This document shows positions 45,200 to 56,641 of a stretch of DNA of 64,000 nt, one piece after another; the stretch's first letter is position 1; every line of letters begins with the position of its first letter. Under the pieces are notes generated by a model. It was not told the origin of the DNA and made no database searches. It was given only the letters and a program-made list of their open reading frames with translations. Source of the stretch: Mitosporidium daphniae (lineage: Eukaryota); the NCBI RefSeq assembly GCF_000760515.2, contig NW_013546656.1, positions 1 through 64,000 of the forward strand, in the 5' to 3' direction. The translations under genes were made by a program, and so were the position numbers.

Positions 45200-48100
45200 A
45201 TGAGCATGAGGCTTTTAATGAAAGCAGTAGCAGTGCTATACATGAGCGCCTTGGCTGCGATATTATTCCTTTTCATATCGACGATACTGGTTGCGCACAA
45301 TTTACATAAGAAAAAAAGTTATCAACAAAAGACGCGTTGGAAGCGCGAAAAGCTCCCACAAAGTCAAAAATCTCCAGACGTGAGCATAGAAAGCAAAATG
45401 ACGACTAATATCGCTGATGATACGATCCAAAACGCCGGATTGGACCAATATCCATCGACAAACCAAGTTGGTGCTGCCTTTAGGGTGAAAATAGCATTGG
45501 TTGCCTCAACATGTTCCGCTTTCGGCAGTTTGGCTTTTATCGCCTACTTGCTTTTGAAGGATGGTGCTCAAATAGAGAGGATTTTGAAAATAAAACAAGA
45601 GCTCTCGGAAGGGTCGGGTTATCTAAAGACGATAAGACCGATACTGAAAATCGGCATCCTTCTATCGTTAGGTATCTCGATTCTTTTGATAATCAGGAAA
45701 GTGATGAATAGAGAAGGAAATCTTGTTGTACCTTTAAAAATAGGGGATGATTCAAAGCTTTATAAGGAAGATCTGCGCAACTTGGAAACCCCTATCCTTG
45801 ATCAGAAACCGGCTTCAGAGACAGAAAATGTACCAACAGCAACAACAGAAGCAACAGCAACACGGGTGGTCAATGTTTCACAAAACACACCAACTTCCAC
45901 CAAAAGCCTCGAGGGTGTATCAAGTGACACTTGTACTCCAAAAGAAAGATCGGAAGGTAGTTGCATTACTTGCAATATGCCAAGCCCCGATGCCAAGAAT
46001 TTTCCAAACACAGATGATGATGTTTGTGCAGGTTTGATGAACGTGACAGGCCAGGAGACCCCTTTAATCCGAAATAGTATGCAGAAAACAAAGCCTGAGC
46101 TATTGAAAAGTAATAATGAGACAGCCAAAAAACAAAGCAGCCATCACTATATCAATAATCAATTGTGGGGTGATTTCATTCAGAAAAGGTGTCCAAAAAG
46201 CCGTTGTGGTCGATATGATAATACGAGCTTTGCACAAGACATAGAGACTCACAAACACTCTAAAAAAATGGAAGGAAATATACTCAGACAATATCTCAAG
46301 TATTTTGATTTCGAAAAGCTATCATATTTCGTGCTTCACTATTTGTGGAGTTTCCTCCTAATTTCAAGCATAATATTTTTCTCTCTGAAAGGTTTGCCCC
46401 GTTTTCAGGGCATCTATGCAACAAAAAATACATGGATAGACAAATCTCCCACGAGTAAACATAATTTTATTGAAGAAAAAATCTGTTGGATGAAGAATAT
46501 TGTGATTGAAAAAATCCTCAATTACCTGATTGATAAAAACAAAGACCTCGCAATGGGCCTGATTTTAAAGTTTGCTGACGTGGATGTGATTAAAAATTTG
46601 TTTAAAACAATCACACGAGAAGAATTTAAAAGTGAATTATTTGACAAATTGTGTAAAAATGAAAAACTCCAAAATATGCTTGAAATTTGGGATTCCATTC
46701 CGTCGAAAAGTGTTGGCATCTTTGAGTCTTTTATCACATATCTAATTGATAATAATGTAGACGATGAGGCTTGTAAGGAACCAATCACTATAAAACTTGA
46801 AGAATATTTGAACTTTTGCATCGAAAATCGTGCTCTGAGGCCACCAGCACAGGCTTCGGAGGACATTTTGGCGGCGGAAGTTAATCTACAAACAACAGAA
46901 ACAGAAAAGAAAGCGTTTTCGCNGATATTATCGTTTTTTCAAAGAAATGCTGCCGAATTCAAGCCGCAGCTGGATAAATTCGTTAGCTCGTGGAAGGAAA
47001 ATCAAAAGCGCATCTTTTTCGATACTTTCAAAGAGAAAGTCGAGCCAGATAGCATCTACTTTGAGATTTTCATGAAAATGTATCCTCTTGAGCCGCAAAA
47101 CCAGGATTTACCAAAAAAAACATACCTAGAAGATGTCATAAAAATACTACGCATACCCATACAGCCTGACAGAAAATCTCCTTTGATTATTGACAAGGAT
47201 TTATTGTCAAAAATGGCCAATCATTTCCTTAAATGGATCGACATAGAAGAAAAGTTTATGATTGCTGCGCGTCCAATTTTTTCCTATTTTGTTTCTAACC
47301 CTAACTTGGAGGTCAAAAATAAGATCGATTTTATTGTCGCTATTTTGTACAAGACTTGTGAAAAATTCAATAGTTTTGATGTTATTGATCTCATCATCCC
47401 ACTTTCGGACAAAAAACTTCGGAATGATCTTTTAGAATATACCCTAAATTATCTTTTAAAAGATGAAAACGGATTTCGTTTACAGAATAACGACGAGACC
47501 TTGCCCTCGTCTTCGTCTGGCAACATTAACCCGGTTCTTTTCGAAGAATGTTATATTGAAATTGATCGCTCAGCAGAAAAATATAAAGACACGGTTGTGA
47601 AATTTCTCTTTACCATTATTTTTTATCTGGACTTCAAAAATAAGGACACATTATTCAAAAAATTGCTAGGGTGGTTTCCAAACAAAACAAAGGAATTTGT
47701 GATAATCCTTTCAGGCACTGGCCTTTTTTTTGGAAAATTTATAGACCAGGAAACATACATACCTTTAATGCGATCTAATTTATTCCCCAACTCTCTTACA
47801 GATGAACAGGTTCACGCTTATTTAGAGGCGCTGATCGAAAAAATCTATCACTTGCTAGAAAACAATGAAGATCAGACAAATGCATCAGATAAAGTTATCA
47901 TATCAGACGGTGCAGGTCCCAGCCAACGAGTTCAAATCGATTCTTGGATTTCTAGCATTCTTGTAAAATACAGCATATCCATTTCGCAGAAGCGATTCCG
48001 CAATATCATCCTTTTCGCTTTAAGTTTAAAGAGATATTTTGAGCTTTCAAAATCCAAGGATAAGATAAACCCGCGAGAAACTTCACTTAGTTTTATCTTT

Positions 48101-48220
48101 CAGAATCTTTTATATTTGGAAACCAAACTTAGCAAACAAGACTTTACAGAACTTTTAAATTCATTCAGTGATAAAGATAGACAAACCTTTAACAACCAGA
48201 AGCGTGTTATGACTCAATAA
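45200..48220 (+). CDS. Orphan membrane protein (1006 aa) with four TM segments and a large K/E/F/I-rich C-terminal region
   Basis: Long intronless AT-rich ORF; one ambiguous base (n) at 46923. Confidence 0.75.
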   Translation: MSMRLLMKAVAVLYMSALAAILFLFISTILVAHNLHKKKSYQQKTRWKREKLPQSQKSPDVSIESKMTTNIADDTIQNAGLDQYPSTNQVGAAFRVKIALVASTCSAFGSLAFIAYLLLKDGAQIERILKIKQELSEGSGYLKTIRPILKIGILLSLGISILLIIRKVMNREGNLVVPLKIGDDSKLYKEDLRNLETPILDQKPASETENVPTATTEATATRVVNVSQNTPTSTKSLEGVSSDTCTPKERSEGSCITCNMPSPDAKNFPNTDDDVCAGLMNVTGQETPLIRNSMQKTKPELLKSNNETAKKQSSHHYINNQLWGDFIQKRCPKSRCGRYDNTSFAQDIETHKHSKKMEGNILRQYLKYFDFEKLSYFVLHYLWSFLLISSIIFFSLKGLPRFQGIYATKNTWIDKSPTSKHNFIEEKICWMKNIVIEKILNYLIDKNKDLAMGLILKFADVDVIKNLFKTITREEFKSELFDKLCKNEKLQNMLEIWDSIPSKSVGIFESFITYLIDNNVDDEACKEPITIKLEEYLNFCIENRALRPPAQASEDILAAEVNLQTTETEKKAFSXILSFFQRNAAEFKPQLDKFVSSWKENQKRIFFDTFKEKVEPDSIYFEIFMKMYPLEPQNQDLPKKTYLEDVIKILRIPIQPDRKSPLIIDKDLLSKMANHFLKWIDIEEKFMIAARPIFSYFVSNPNLEVKNKIDFIVAILYKTCEKFNSFDVIDLIIPLSDKKLRNDLLEYTLNYLLKDENGFRLQNNDETLPSSSSGNINPVLFEECYIEIDRSAEKYKDTVVKFLFTIIFYLDFKNKDTLFKKLLGWFPNKTKEFVIILSGTGLFFGKFIDQETYIPLMRSNLFPNSLTDEQVHAYLEALIEKIYHLLENNEDQTNASDKVIISDGAGPSQRVQIDSWISSILVKYSISISQKRFRNIILFALSLKRYFELSKSKDKINPRETSLSFIFQNLLYLETKLSKQDFTELLNSFSDKDRQTFNNQKRVMTQ

Positions 48221-48524
48221 AAATTAATTTACCAATTGGGAAAAAAAGAACCAAAGAAAAAGGTAACATGGTTGTAAGTTGGGCGATAAAAAGATCTAGA
48301 GAAGTAGGGCCCAGCATGTTTGTCAAAACAGACTTGATCGAAAACGAGGTAGTAATGTTCTGAAGGGCTACTAATTTTCACCAGCTCTGCTCCAATTTTG
48401 AGCAGAGCCTCACAAAACGCTTCGCTGGTGCAGCACCCCCCCCCTCTTGCTAATAACATATTGTTGAAATTACGACAAAATTCGAGTATTCATCAATTTA
48501 CAGTAATTTACTTCTTGTCACTCG

Positions 48525-49753
48525 CTATTCGGTTGGTGCGTCAAGAACAGGCGCCGTTTGGGCCTCGTTGCTCTCGATGGACGACCTACAAATGGGGCAT
48601 GTTCCATTTAGTTGTAGCCACGGAACAATGCATTGTTCATGGAAGAGATGTTTACACGGCAGCGATATGGATACAGCGCCGTCGACAAAAGCTTCCCTGC
48701 AGATAGTGCACTCCAATGGCACATTCTCGCCTAGTATGGTAAGATGGACAGGTGGGAAATAAAAACAAAAAGCGGGAAAAGAGCGGGAATGGACATACTA
48801 GAGTGGTAGGGTCCGCGTGGAAGAGCATCAATAATGACCTGGGGAGCCGGTGGGGGTGCCCGTTGGCCAGAGGCCTGCTCCATCAATGAGGAGATGATGT
48901 CATCAAACGCACGATCTCCAAAGACATAGTCTCCAAGCAGGTCTGGTATTGCCGGAATCCTTACCCATTGGATGGGGGATTGGCCGGAAAGAACCTGCTG
49001 CAATAACATGCGTACCATGTCACTGGGCGTCTGAGGTGTTGTGGGAGCTGACTGACCAGGAGCTGCTTCACCAGGAGCTGCCTCACCAGGAGTTTCTGTC
49101 CGAGGGTCTTCTGGTAAATTTGGCGCTTCAACTTGGACACCTTGAGCTGGCGCCTGTGGCGTAGAGCCTTCAGGTTGGACTGCCATCAAGTCATAGAGCT
49201 GTGAAAACAGAGATATTAGAAGCCGCTGTAGTCCATCTGGCGACGACAGATCCTCTTCCGTAATCGAAGTTGAAAACGTTGCTGCAAGCGTCTGGGGGAA
49301 GGTAGGTTGTAGTGTTTCTGGAAAAAGGCGGGGTCGGGTTCGCGAAGACTCTGTCGCTGCTTCATTTTCACGTGTTGGCCGCCTGCGATGGGATCCATTT
49401 CCACGGCCTGTCGGCGTAAAAATCCCAAGAATAGATTGGACGAATCCCGGCAGCGAACGCAGACTGGGAGGTGATGGGGTAGAATCTGGAGAAGTCGAGC
49501 TTTCGGCCGACGAAATTGGCAATGTAATTCGGATGACCGCTGCGGGTGCAGTGGGGTAGGCAAATGTGCCAGCAGGCATGGCTGGTGCAGCGGGCTGCTG
49601 CGCATCCTCTGCACCAGGACTCGCCGTAATCTCTTCCACAAACCCATCGCCGCATGAGAGGCACATGGGAGACTCCGAGGACTCCACTGCGACCGCATCA
49701 GGGCCGGCGCCGGCGTCAAACCTACGCTGGCAGGTGTGACAATAGTACCACAT
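48525..49753 (-). CDS. RING-H2 E3 ubiquitin ligase, RNF115/RNF126-like
   Basis: YYCHTC...CLSCGDGFVEEI zinc ribbon, GDYVFGDRAFDDIISSLME, 68-nt intron 48731-48798, CTICREAF...LPCKHLFHEQCIVPWLQLNGTCPICR. Confidence 0.9.
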
Positions 49754-49788
49754 TGGAATTAAATTCTAAATTTTAACATTTAAACATC

Positions 49789-52712
49789 ATGTCTACACGC
49801 GGCGGGGTCCTTTCTGACAAGCTGGCTATCGTTGTCGATGAGGATGAGTATGAACAACGCATCGTTACCGAGCTAGACGAGGCCCTGCGTAAAAATGCTG
49901 CTGTTGGAATTACACGGCGTCTGGAAAAGATTGCCGTTGTTGTCGATCGGTGCGACGAGATAATGCGCCACCAGAACCCAACCACAAGGCAATATGCACG
50001 CGCGGAGCACAAAAAAATGACTGCTCTTTCTGAACGCAACTCCCTGCTTGCCACTATTGACGTGGATGCCCAAGATTTGGAAATAGACCCAAAGATTGAT
50101 GTTGTATCTAAGTTACATACCAAGGCTGATGCAGATCTAAAAATAATTGTCGATAAAGAGGACGAACGTGGCTCACTTGATGCAGAGAATAACTTGACGG
50201 TCGAAGATGATTACGACGACGATGCCTATGCTGAGCGTATCATCAGATACCGTGCGTGTTATTTTAAAGAAGGTGTCGAACAGTCCAAAGCTGGCATTCG
50301 TGTCGAAGGGACTCCATGGAGCATTCCAGCATCGCTACATGCCAGATTACTTCCTTATCAAGTTGAGGGTGTCAAATGGTTGCTGAACCGTTTTCAGCTA
50401 GGGGCAGGCGGAATCCTTGCCGATGAAATGGTATTGCAACGACATTCTGACCTTTTCTTTTGCTCGCTTCCGGTTCCTTTTGCTCGTTTCCGTTTCCCTT
50501 TCTTTTTTCATCTTGCCATTTTTTCGCTCAGATTTTAATCCTCTAGGGACTCGGAAAAACAGTACAGGCTCTGGCAGTTGTGGCCGCCCTAACCACTTTA
50601 GAAGTTCCGGCCAGTGTACTGGTGATTGCACCAGCGACCCTTGTTGCCCAATGGGTCGCCGAATGCCATCGATGGTATCCACCACTGCGTGTAATTGCAT
50701 TTCACCGGTCACTACGCCGCTCGGGGTTGTCACGGCTTGTACTGCCCACCGGAAACTTGCTTGTTGTCACTTCATATTCCATGTTTTTGATGGAGAAGCG
50801 GCACATCCTTTCTTTACGACCATGGAACGCTGTTATCCTTGATGAGGGGCATCGAATTCGCAACCACGATGCAGCTATCTCTGTAGCACTTCGGGATATT
50901 TTTGTATTTCGATCCATTTACCTTTTAGTGTGCGCAACGCGTATTGCTGACCGGGACGCCCATCCAAAATTCTCTTGTTGATCTCTGGGCTCTCGTAGAT
51001 TGGGTGCATCCGGGACGGTTGGGAACACTCCATGCCTTTGGGGTTCATTTTGAAACACCTATTCGTGCCGGCTCCTACGCGCAGGCCGGCCCTCTTCAGC
51101 GAGCTGCTGCATACAGGTGTGCTGCGTTGTTGCGAGAGCTTATTGCGCCCGTGCTTTTGCGCCGTTGGAAGCGGCAGGTAGCTGTTCAGCTACCGCCAAA
51201 ACGCGAGCAGGTTCGCCCGGCCATTTCATCCGTAGATTGTCTTTTGCCGGCTAAGCGAGCAGCAACGTGCCATTTATCGCAACTTTTTGATCTCTCCGCT
51301 TATTGACGGTATCCGAAAAAAGCGGGTCAATCTTCTGCATGGCATTGACATCATGCGCAAAATTTGCAACGCTCCAGAACTGCTTACCACCAAGAACGAA
51401 AAGCTTCATCCTCAAAAATCTACCGCAGAGCTGTTGAAGCTAATGAACTTTGTCGATCCTCCAAATGGATTTTGCGATAGCATTCCTGGAAAGATCCGCG
51501 TGTTAGAGGCAATACTGGCTGATTGGCATGCCTCCGGCAATCGAGCACTTGTTTTTTGTCAGACACGCCAAATGCTGGACGTGCTTGAGCGAATAGTGCA
51601 GCAAAACGGTACGCTTTCTGTTCATCCTTTTTGGAAAATCCACCCACATGAGATTTTGCATGTACGCTTGTACGCCATGCATTATTACCCCTTTGTCGAT
51701 TTACAGTTTCTAATTTATAGGGTACACATATCTACGTATGGACGGCTCTACAGATACTGCGCAGCGTCATCCACTTGTCTCGCGTTTCAACAGCGACCCG
51801 TCAGTATTTCTCTTCCTATTGACCACGCGCGTCGGAGGTGTTGGGCTCAACTTGACTGGTGCAGATAGAGTCCTCATTTATGATCCTGACTGGGTAAGTA
51901 TAACGCTGATACCCCACCCCATCAATTTAATCAAATTTCCTTGCACTTTTATGATCCTCCTTTTAAATGCAAATTTTCGAGTTTTTATTAATGTTTTGCA
52001 GAATCCATCGACGGACGCCCAGGCTCGAGAACGTGTATGGCGTCTGGGACAGCACAATTCGGTGCATGTATATCGCCTCATCACCAAAGGCACCATTGAG
52101 GAGAAAATATACAGGCGGCAGATCTTCAAGACCATGGTCACAAATAGAATCTTGAAAGACCCGCGGAGCCTTCAAATGTTCAAATCCTCTGAGATTCACG
52201 ATCTTTTTACTCTTGACAGCGATGATGAAGATGTTGTCGATAATCCCCAGCATGAGAGTCGTCAGCGTGAATTATCAAATGGCGAAAGCCTTTTGGTCGA
52301 GAAAACAGACCGAGATCCACTTCTTGACATGTTGCTTGACGCTACAGGTGTTAACGCCCCAAATGAGACGCCAATCATAAGGAAGGAGGCAAAAAAAATT
52401 GCCGAAACCTCACTGAGAATGCTTGAGCAAAGCAAGGAAAAAAGAGCGATTGACAGTGTAAGCGTTCTGGAGCATCTCAGACGCATTCGAGCAGAACCTT
52501 TGACTGAAATGCAGGGCCATAATTGGCTTTTCACTGACCTGCGGTCTTTCTTGTTGGCACGTGGTGGGAGTGCTTCCACAGAGAGCATTTTGAAGGAGTT
52601 TGGACCACGCATTGCAAAGAAGGAAAAGATGCTTTTTAAAAGGATTCTCTTGGAGCTTTCAGAAAAAAGTGTCGTACGGGGAAACGTCCTATGGACGCTC
52701 CGCGAGATGTGA
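49789..52712 (+). CDS. RAD26: SNF2-family ATPase Rad26/ERCC6 (CSB)-like, 6 exons
   Basis: [100 protein letters not shown]. Confidence 0.9.
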
Positions 52713-52738
52713 GCATTTAGGTCTTTTGTTTAGCTACG

Positions 52739-53545
52739 TTAAATTTCTTCATGTTTATTGTTACCGGGTTCAACGGCCCAGTCGATAGGCGACTCGTGCT
52801 GCGCCAACAGAAATTCATTTGCCAGACGAAAATGACCACAACCCAAAAAGTCTCTTGTTGCGGTAAAGGAAACCGGATGTGAGGCAGTCAAAATCAGGTG
52901 CCGATTTCCACCATCACATCGTCTGATCAGCGACTCTTTACGGCGTGCATGTACTCCCCAAAGCATAAATGCGACTCGTTTTGGGGCATGGAGAGCCACC
53001 AGTTCAATAACCTTGTCAGTAAAGATATCCCAACCGAACTGTGCATGCGAATTGGGGGTATTTGCCCTTACTGTCAAGGTGGTGTTAAGAAGTAAAACAC
53101 CCTGCGTAGCCCAATACTCAAGCGAGGCATGGGGAAATACCATTTTAGTGGCTATGCAGGCATTCACTTCTTTGAAAATGTTCCTCAGCGACGGTTGCGG
53201 CGGCCTCCCTTTTGCAAGTGAAAATGCTAATCCAGTGGCCTGACCTTCACCGTGATACGGATCCTGTCCAATGATGACAACACGCACAGATCCAAATGGT
53301 GTCAATTGGCTCCATCTAAACGTTTGCGATTCCGGCGGGTAGACTGTGAACTTGGCACGCTCCGTCTCTAATTGCTGTGCCAACTTCATAAAATATGGCT
53401 TTTTGAATTCGTCTCCCAAAATGTCGCGCCACGATGCTTCTACGCCCAAAATAAGGCGGTTAACGGCGGACTGATGCGCCACGTGGCCGATAGCGGATGG
53501 CTGCTCCGTTTGGACCTTGGAATAGTGCTGGTACAATGTGGGCAT
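52739..53545 (-). CDS. UNG1: Family-1 uracil-DNA glycosylase
   Basis: VVIIGQDPYHG..QATGLAFS, PSLRNIFKE, QGVLLLNTTLTVR, FMLWG, SHP. Confidence 0.93.
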   Translation of the reverse strand: MPTLYQHYSKVQTEQPSAIGHVAHQSAVNRLILGVEASWRDILGDEFKKPYFMKLAQQLETERAKFTVYPPESQTFRWSQLTPFGSVRVVIIGQDPYHGEGQATGLAFSLAKGRPPQPSLRNIFKEVNACIATKMVFPHASLEYWATQGVLLLNTTLTVRANTPNSHAQFGWDIFTDKVIELVALHAPKRVAFMLWGVHARRKESLIRRCDGGNRHLILTASHPVSFTATRDFLGCGHFRLANEFLLAQHESPIDWAVEPGNNKHEEI

Positions 53546-53650
53546 TAAAAATTCGTTATTTAAATTTTGCTAATTGCGGGACCTCCTCCCTCTTCACTTA
53601 TGGGGAAATGTTGTTGTGGCGCAGCCGGCGTCAAGCTCATAGATAGCGGA

Positions 53651-55151
53651 TCAGCAAGATAAAAGATTTCCCTCGCCGGGGGCGCCCATTTTCTCCCGCA
53701 TCCTGGATACGATTGCCCTGGATGCGCTCCATATGTATAATGTTCCTGACTCTGTGCCAGCAAGCAAAATGGTGTCGTCCAAATTAGGCCCAAGTGATAT
53801 CGCTGAAATTGGTGCATCTGTCTGCAATTGGAGCCCTCTCTGTTCTGGATCTGCAAGAGTCAGGTCCCAAAACCGAAGAAATGCATCGGCACCGCCGGTG
53901 ACCAGAGTGCCATCAGGTCGCCAGCTCGAAGCAACTACAGATCCTGGCACTTCTATTGGTGGATGTATAGTAGTTGAGGATGCCGAGACTGCTGATATGC
54001 ACGAGGCTTTAGGTGAATTTTGAGCTTTTGACGTGCATGCCTCGTGCACAAGAACATGCAGTTGGCGCCGATCCATTCTTATATCGTACACTTTGAGCTC
54101 AGAGCCCTGGGCATGACCCTGGCAACTGATGATTAGCTGTGAATCTGGAGAGAAAATGATGCTGTCTGTATCGATGTGGCCGGTTGAAATCTTGAATGCG
54201 CACGACGATTTCGAGGAGCCAACGCAGGACCCAAGCATGGGCATGCTGCGCAGATCGTAGCAACGGAGCACGCCGTCACCGCAGATTTCGTCACTGATCA
54301 TGGAGGTTGTTCCACCTCCGAGAGCTAATAGCGAGCCATCTGGAGCAGCGGCCATTGCAGAAAGGCCTCCCGCAGGCGGCTGAAGCGTTGCGAGCCGCTG
54401 CATTACAATTCCATCCCAGATACTCACTTGGCCCTTTTCGCCAGCGGGCGAGTATGACGTGAGCGAAAACAATAAATTTTCTGTTTGCTTGCTCTCGCCC
54501 CATTGCACGAGATCTGGAATTCCCTGTCGAGGACTGGCGCGGAAAAGCGGAGATGGGCGTGCTGATGTCCGGGAGCCTCGCTGATATGGCCACAGCAGTA
54601 CAGAGCCATCCTGAGAGGCACTCGCCAAAATCAAATCGGATACATGCCTTGCAATCGAGTGAACGCGATCGCGATGTCCCTTCCATGTATCCAACAGATG
54701 AACTTGGTCTTCATCGACTTTCCAAAGCTTGATCAAGCCATCATATCCGCAAGAAAAAAAGCGCCCAGGGTCCTCTTTGCTGCAGGCTACGAGGTCTGAA
54801 ACCGTTTGTCGGAGCCCTGTTGTAGAGGAACAATGGGCATCGAGGATCGAAATTGAGGGCCATTCTGGCGACACCATGAGCAGCTCGCCTTGGCGATTAT
54901 ATTCCTCCTCTGCAAGTGTGCATGCTCCAACCATAAATACTGCGCGGCCTTGTACTCGGTCCGACTTGATTACGGTAATCTTGACATTAAAGGTATCGTC
55001 ATACAGAGCCAGAAGAGCGGCGAAGCGTTGCTGCGTGTTCCAGCGGGAAATTTCTGCTATACCTAGGCACGCAAAAGTTTCCGTTTATTAAGGCATGCCG
55101 CGTACTTTCAATCCCATGAAGAATGTGGTCTTGGAGATCCCGTGAACTCAT
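53651..55151 (-). CDS. WD40-repeat protein, possibly Raf1/Dos1-like DCAF; 2 exons
   Basis: SCGYDGLIKLWK, GHRDRV, SASQDGSVLLWP, TGGADAFLRFWD; N-terminal FMVGAC...EYNRQGELLM. Confidence 0.75.
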
Positions 55152-55220
55152 ATGCACACAACAAAATCCGGCTAAAATTAAACCAAATTTCCAGACAAAC
55201 AATTTACAGCAAATAATTGA

Positions 55221-56570
55221 ATGGCGGACCCGTTTGTACTCCTCGTGGACGCGCTCATACACCAAAGCCCTGTTACGCTGTTGGATGCAATTGGCAACGT
55301 GGTAACTGTGAAAGAGGGCAACATTGGTGCGGCAGAATACATTTCCTTTGGACCATCATACTGCTTTTTGCTAGCATGCCCCGTGCCACTTGCATGTCGG
55401 AATGTTGCAGGTAGCCAGGGCCACTACACCATGGGCGCAGTATACTTTCTGCACCTGCGCCAACATCTTCCATTTTCAGAGTATTTGCGCGAGTGCCGCG
55501 CCATAAACTGGCCGCATATCTCCATTATCGATCGAAAGCTGGTTTTGCAAGCACTCTCCGGCGCAACAGAACATTTGGTGCTCATTGAGCAGATGATGAC
55601 CCTGACCACAGTCCAGATGATCAAGCCTAGATCCATTGACGAGATAAAAGGTTTGCAAGACCAATTTTTACTTTCAGAAACTGCTATTCCATCCGATATC
55701 CGGATGGATGAGCAGAATCCAAGCGGTGTGGCACCACTAGAAAAGCCGGCGTTTATTCCAGGCGCGTTGTTTCTTAGTCGCAACAAAAACTATTCCGGCG
55801 TTGTCTCAACTTTGCGTGCACTGCTGAAAGTCGGTGCCTCCTCAAATGCGCCGCAGCAGGTACGCTCGCAAGGGGTAAGCTCAAGACCGCAAGTGTCTAC
55901 GTCGCCGTCGTCGTCGTCGTCATCTTTATTGCCAATGGGCCTTTCCGTAGTAAATCCCCGTCAATTGCTCGACCAAATGAAAGGGGGTAGTGGAAAATCT
56001 CAAATAGTCATGCCAGCGCCCGCACCGGTGGGAGAAAAATCACGAAATGACCCCATTATAGTGGTACCCTTTTCATCCACCTCTACGATCAACATGTTTA
56101 ATGTGAAACAATTTTTGGAGGAATGTCGGTTCGTCGATCCTACAACTGCTCGCGCCGAATGTTGCGGAAAAAAACCAGCCTTTACGACTGTCTCCCGTGA
56201 ACGTGGAAAAAATGACATCCTCTCATATTTGGTGATAGATTCTGCGTCACGGCTAAGTTTAGAGGATTGGAAGAAGAGGGTCGTAGCTGTCTTTGCCCAG
56301 GGAGCCGCCTGGCAGTTTAAGGATTGGCCAGAGCCATATGATTCACCCACACAGCTTTTTTCGTTAATCCAAGGCTTCCATCTTAAACATGAGGACGAAA
56401 TGGTTGATCCACGGATCAAGGGATGGAATGTGCAGGTACTCAATGTACACCAGACACGTCCTCATTTAGACCTCGAATCTGTCTTTGCTTTTTGGAGTAC
56501 CCTGGATGCTTCGCTCCACGCCAGAGGTCTTATTCACTCAGCCACAGGAGGTCTCGGCACGACCAAATGA
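55221..56570 (+). CDS. CDC73: PAF1 complex subunit Cdc73/parafibromin
   Basis: MADPF, YLREC..IDRKLVL, DPIIVVP...INMFNVKQFLE, DWKKRVVAVFAQGAAWQFKDW, RPHLD. Confidence 0.92.
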   Translation: MADPFVLLVDALIHQSPVTLLDAIGNVVTVKEGNIGAAEYISFGPSYCFLLACPVPLACRNVAGSQGHYTMGAVYFLHLRQHLPFSEYLRECRAINWPHISIIDRKLVLQALSGATEHLVLIEQMMTLTTVQMIKPRSIDEIKGLQDQFLLSETAIPSDIRMDEQNPSGVAPLEKPAFIPGALFLSRNKNYSGVVSTLRALLKVGASSNAPQQVRSQGVSSRPQVSTSPSSSSSSLLPMGLSVVNPRQLLDQMKGGSGKSQIVMPAPAPVGEKSRNDPIIVVPFSSTSTINMFNVKQFLEECRFVDPTTARAECCGKKPAFTTVSRERGKNDILSYLVIDSASRLSLEDWKKRVVAVFAQGAAWQFKDWPEPYDSPTQLFSLIQGFHLKHEDEMVDPRIKGWNVQVLNVHQTRPHLDLESVFAFWSTLDASLHARGLIHSATGGLGTTK

Positions 56571-56641
56571 CAAGTTTTTATCATTAAATTTAAGTTCGGT
56601 TTAAATTTAAAATTTAAAAATACTGCTCTTTTTCATTAACA

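Noticed and set aside
46923..46923. Ambiguous base n in the 1006-aa ORF
   Set aside because: Sequencing ambiguity; the frame stays open
49789..53545. RAD26 and UNG1 as a DNA-repair gene cluster
   Set aside because: Convergent orientation, different pathways, no shared promoter; adjacency is plausible by chance
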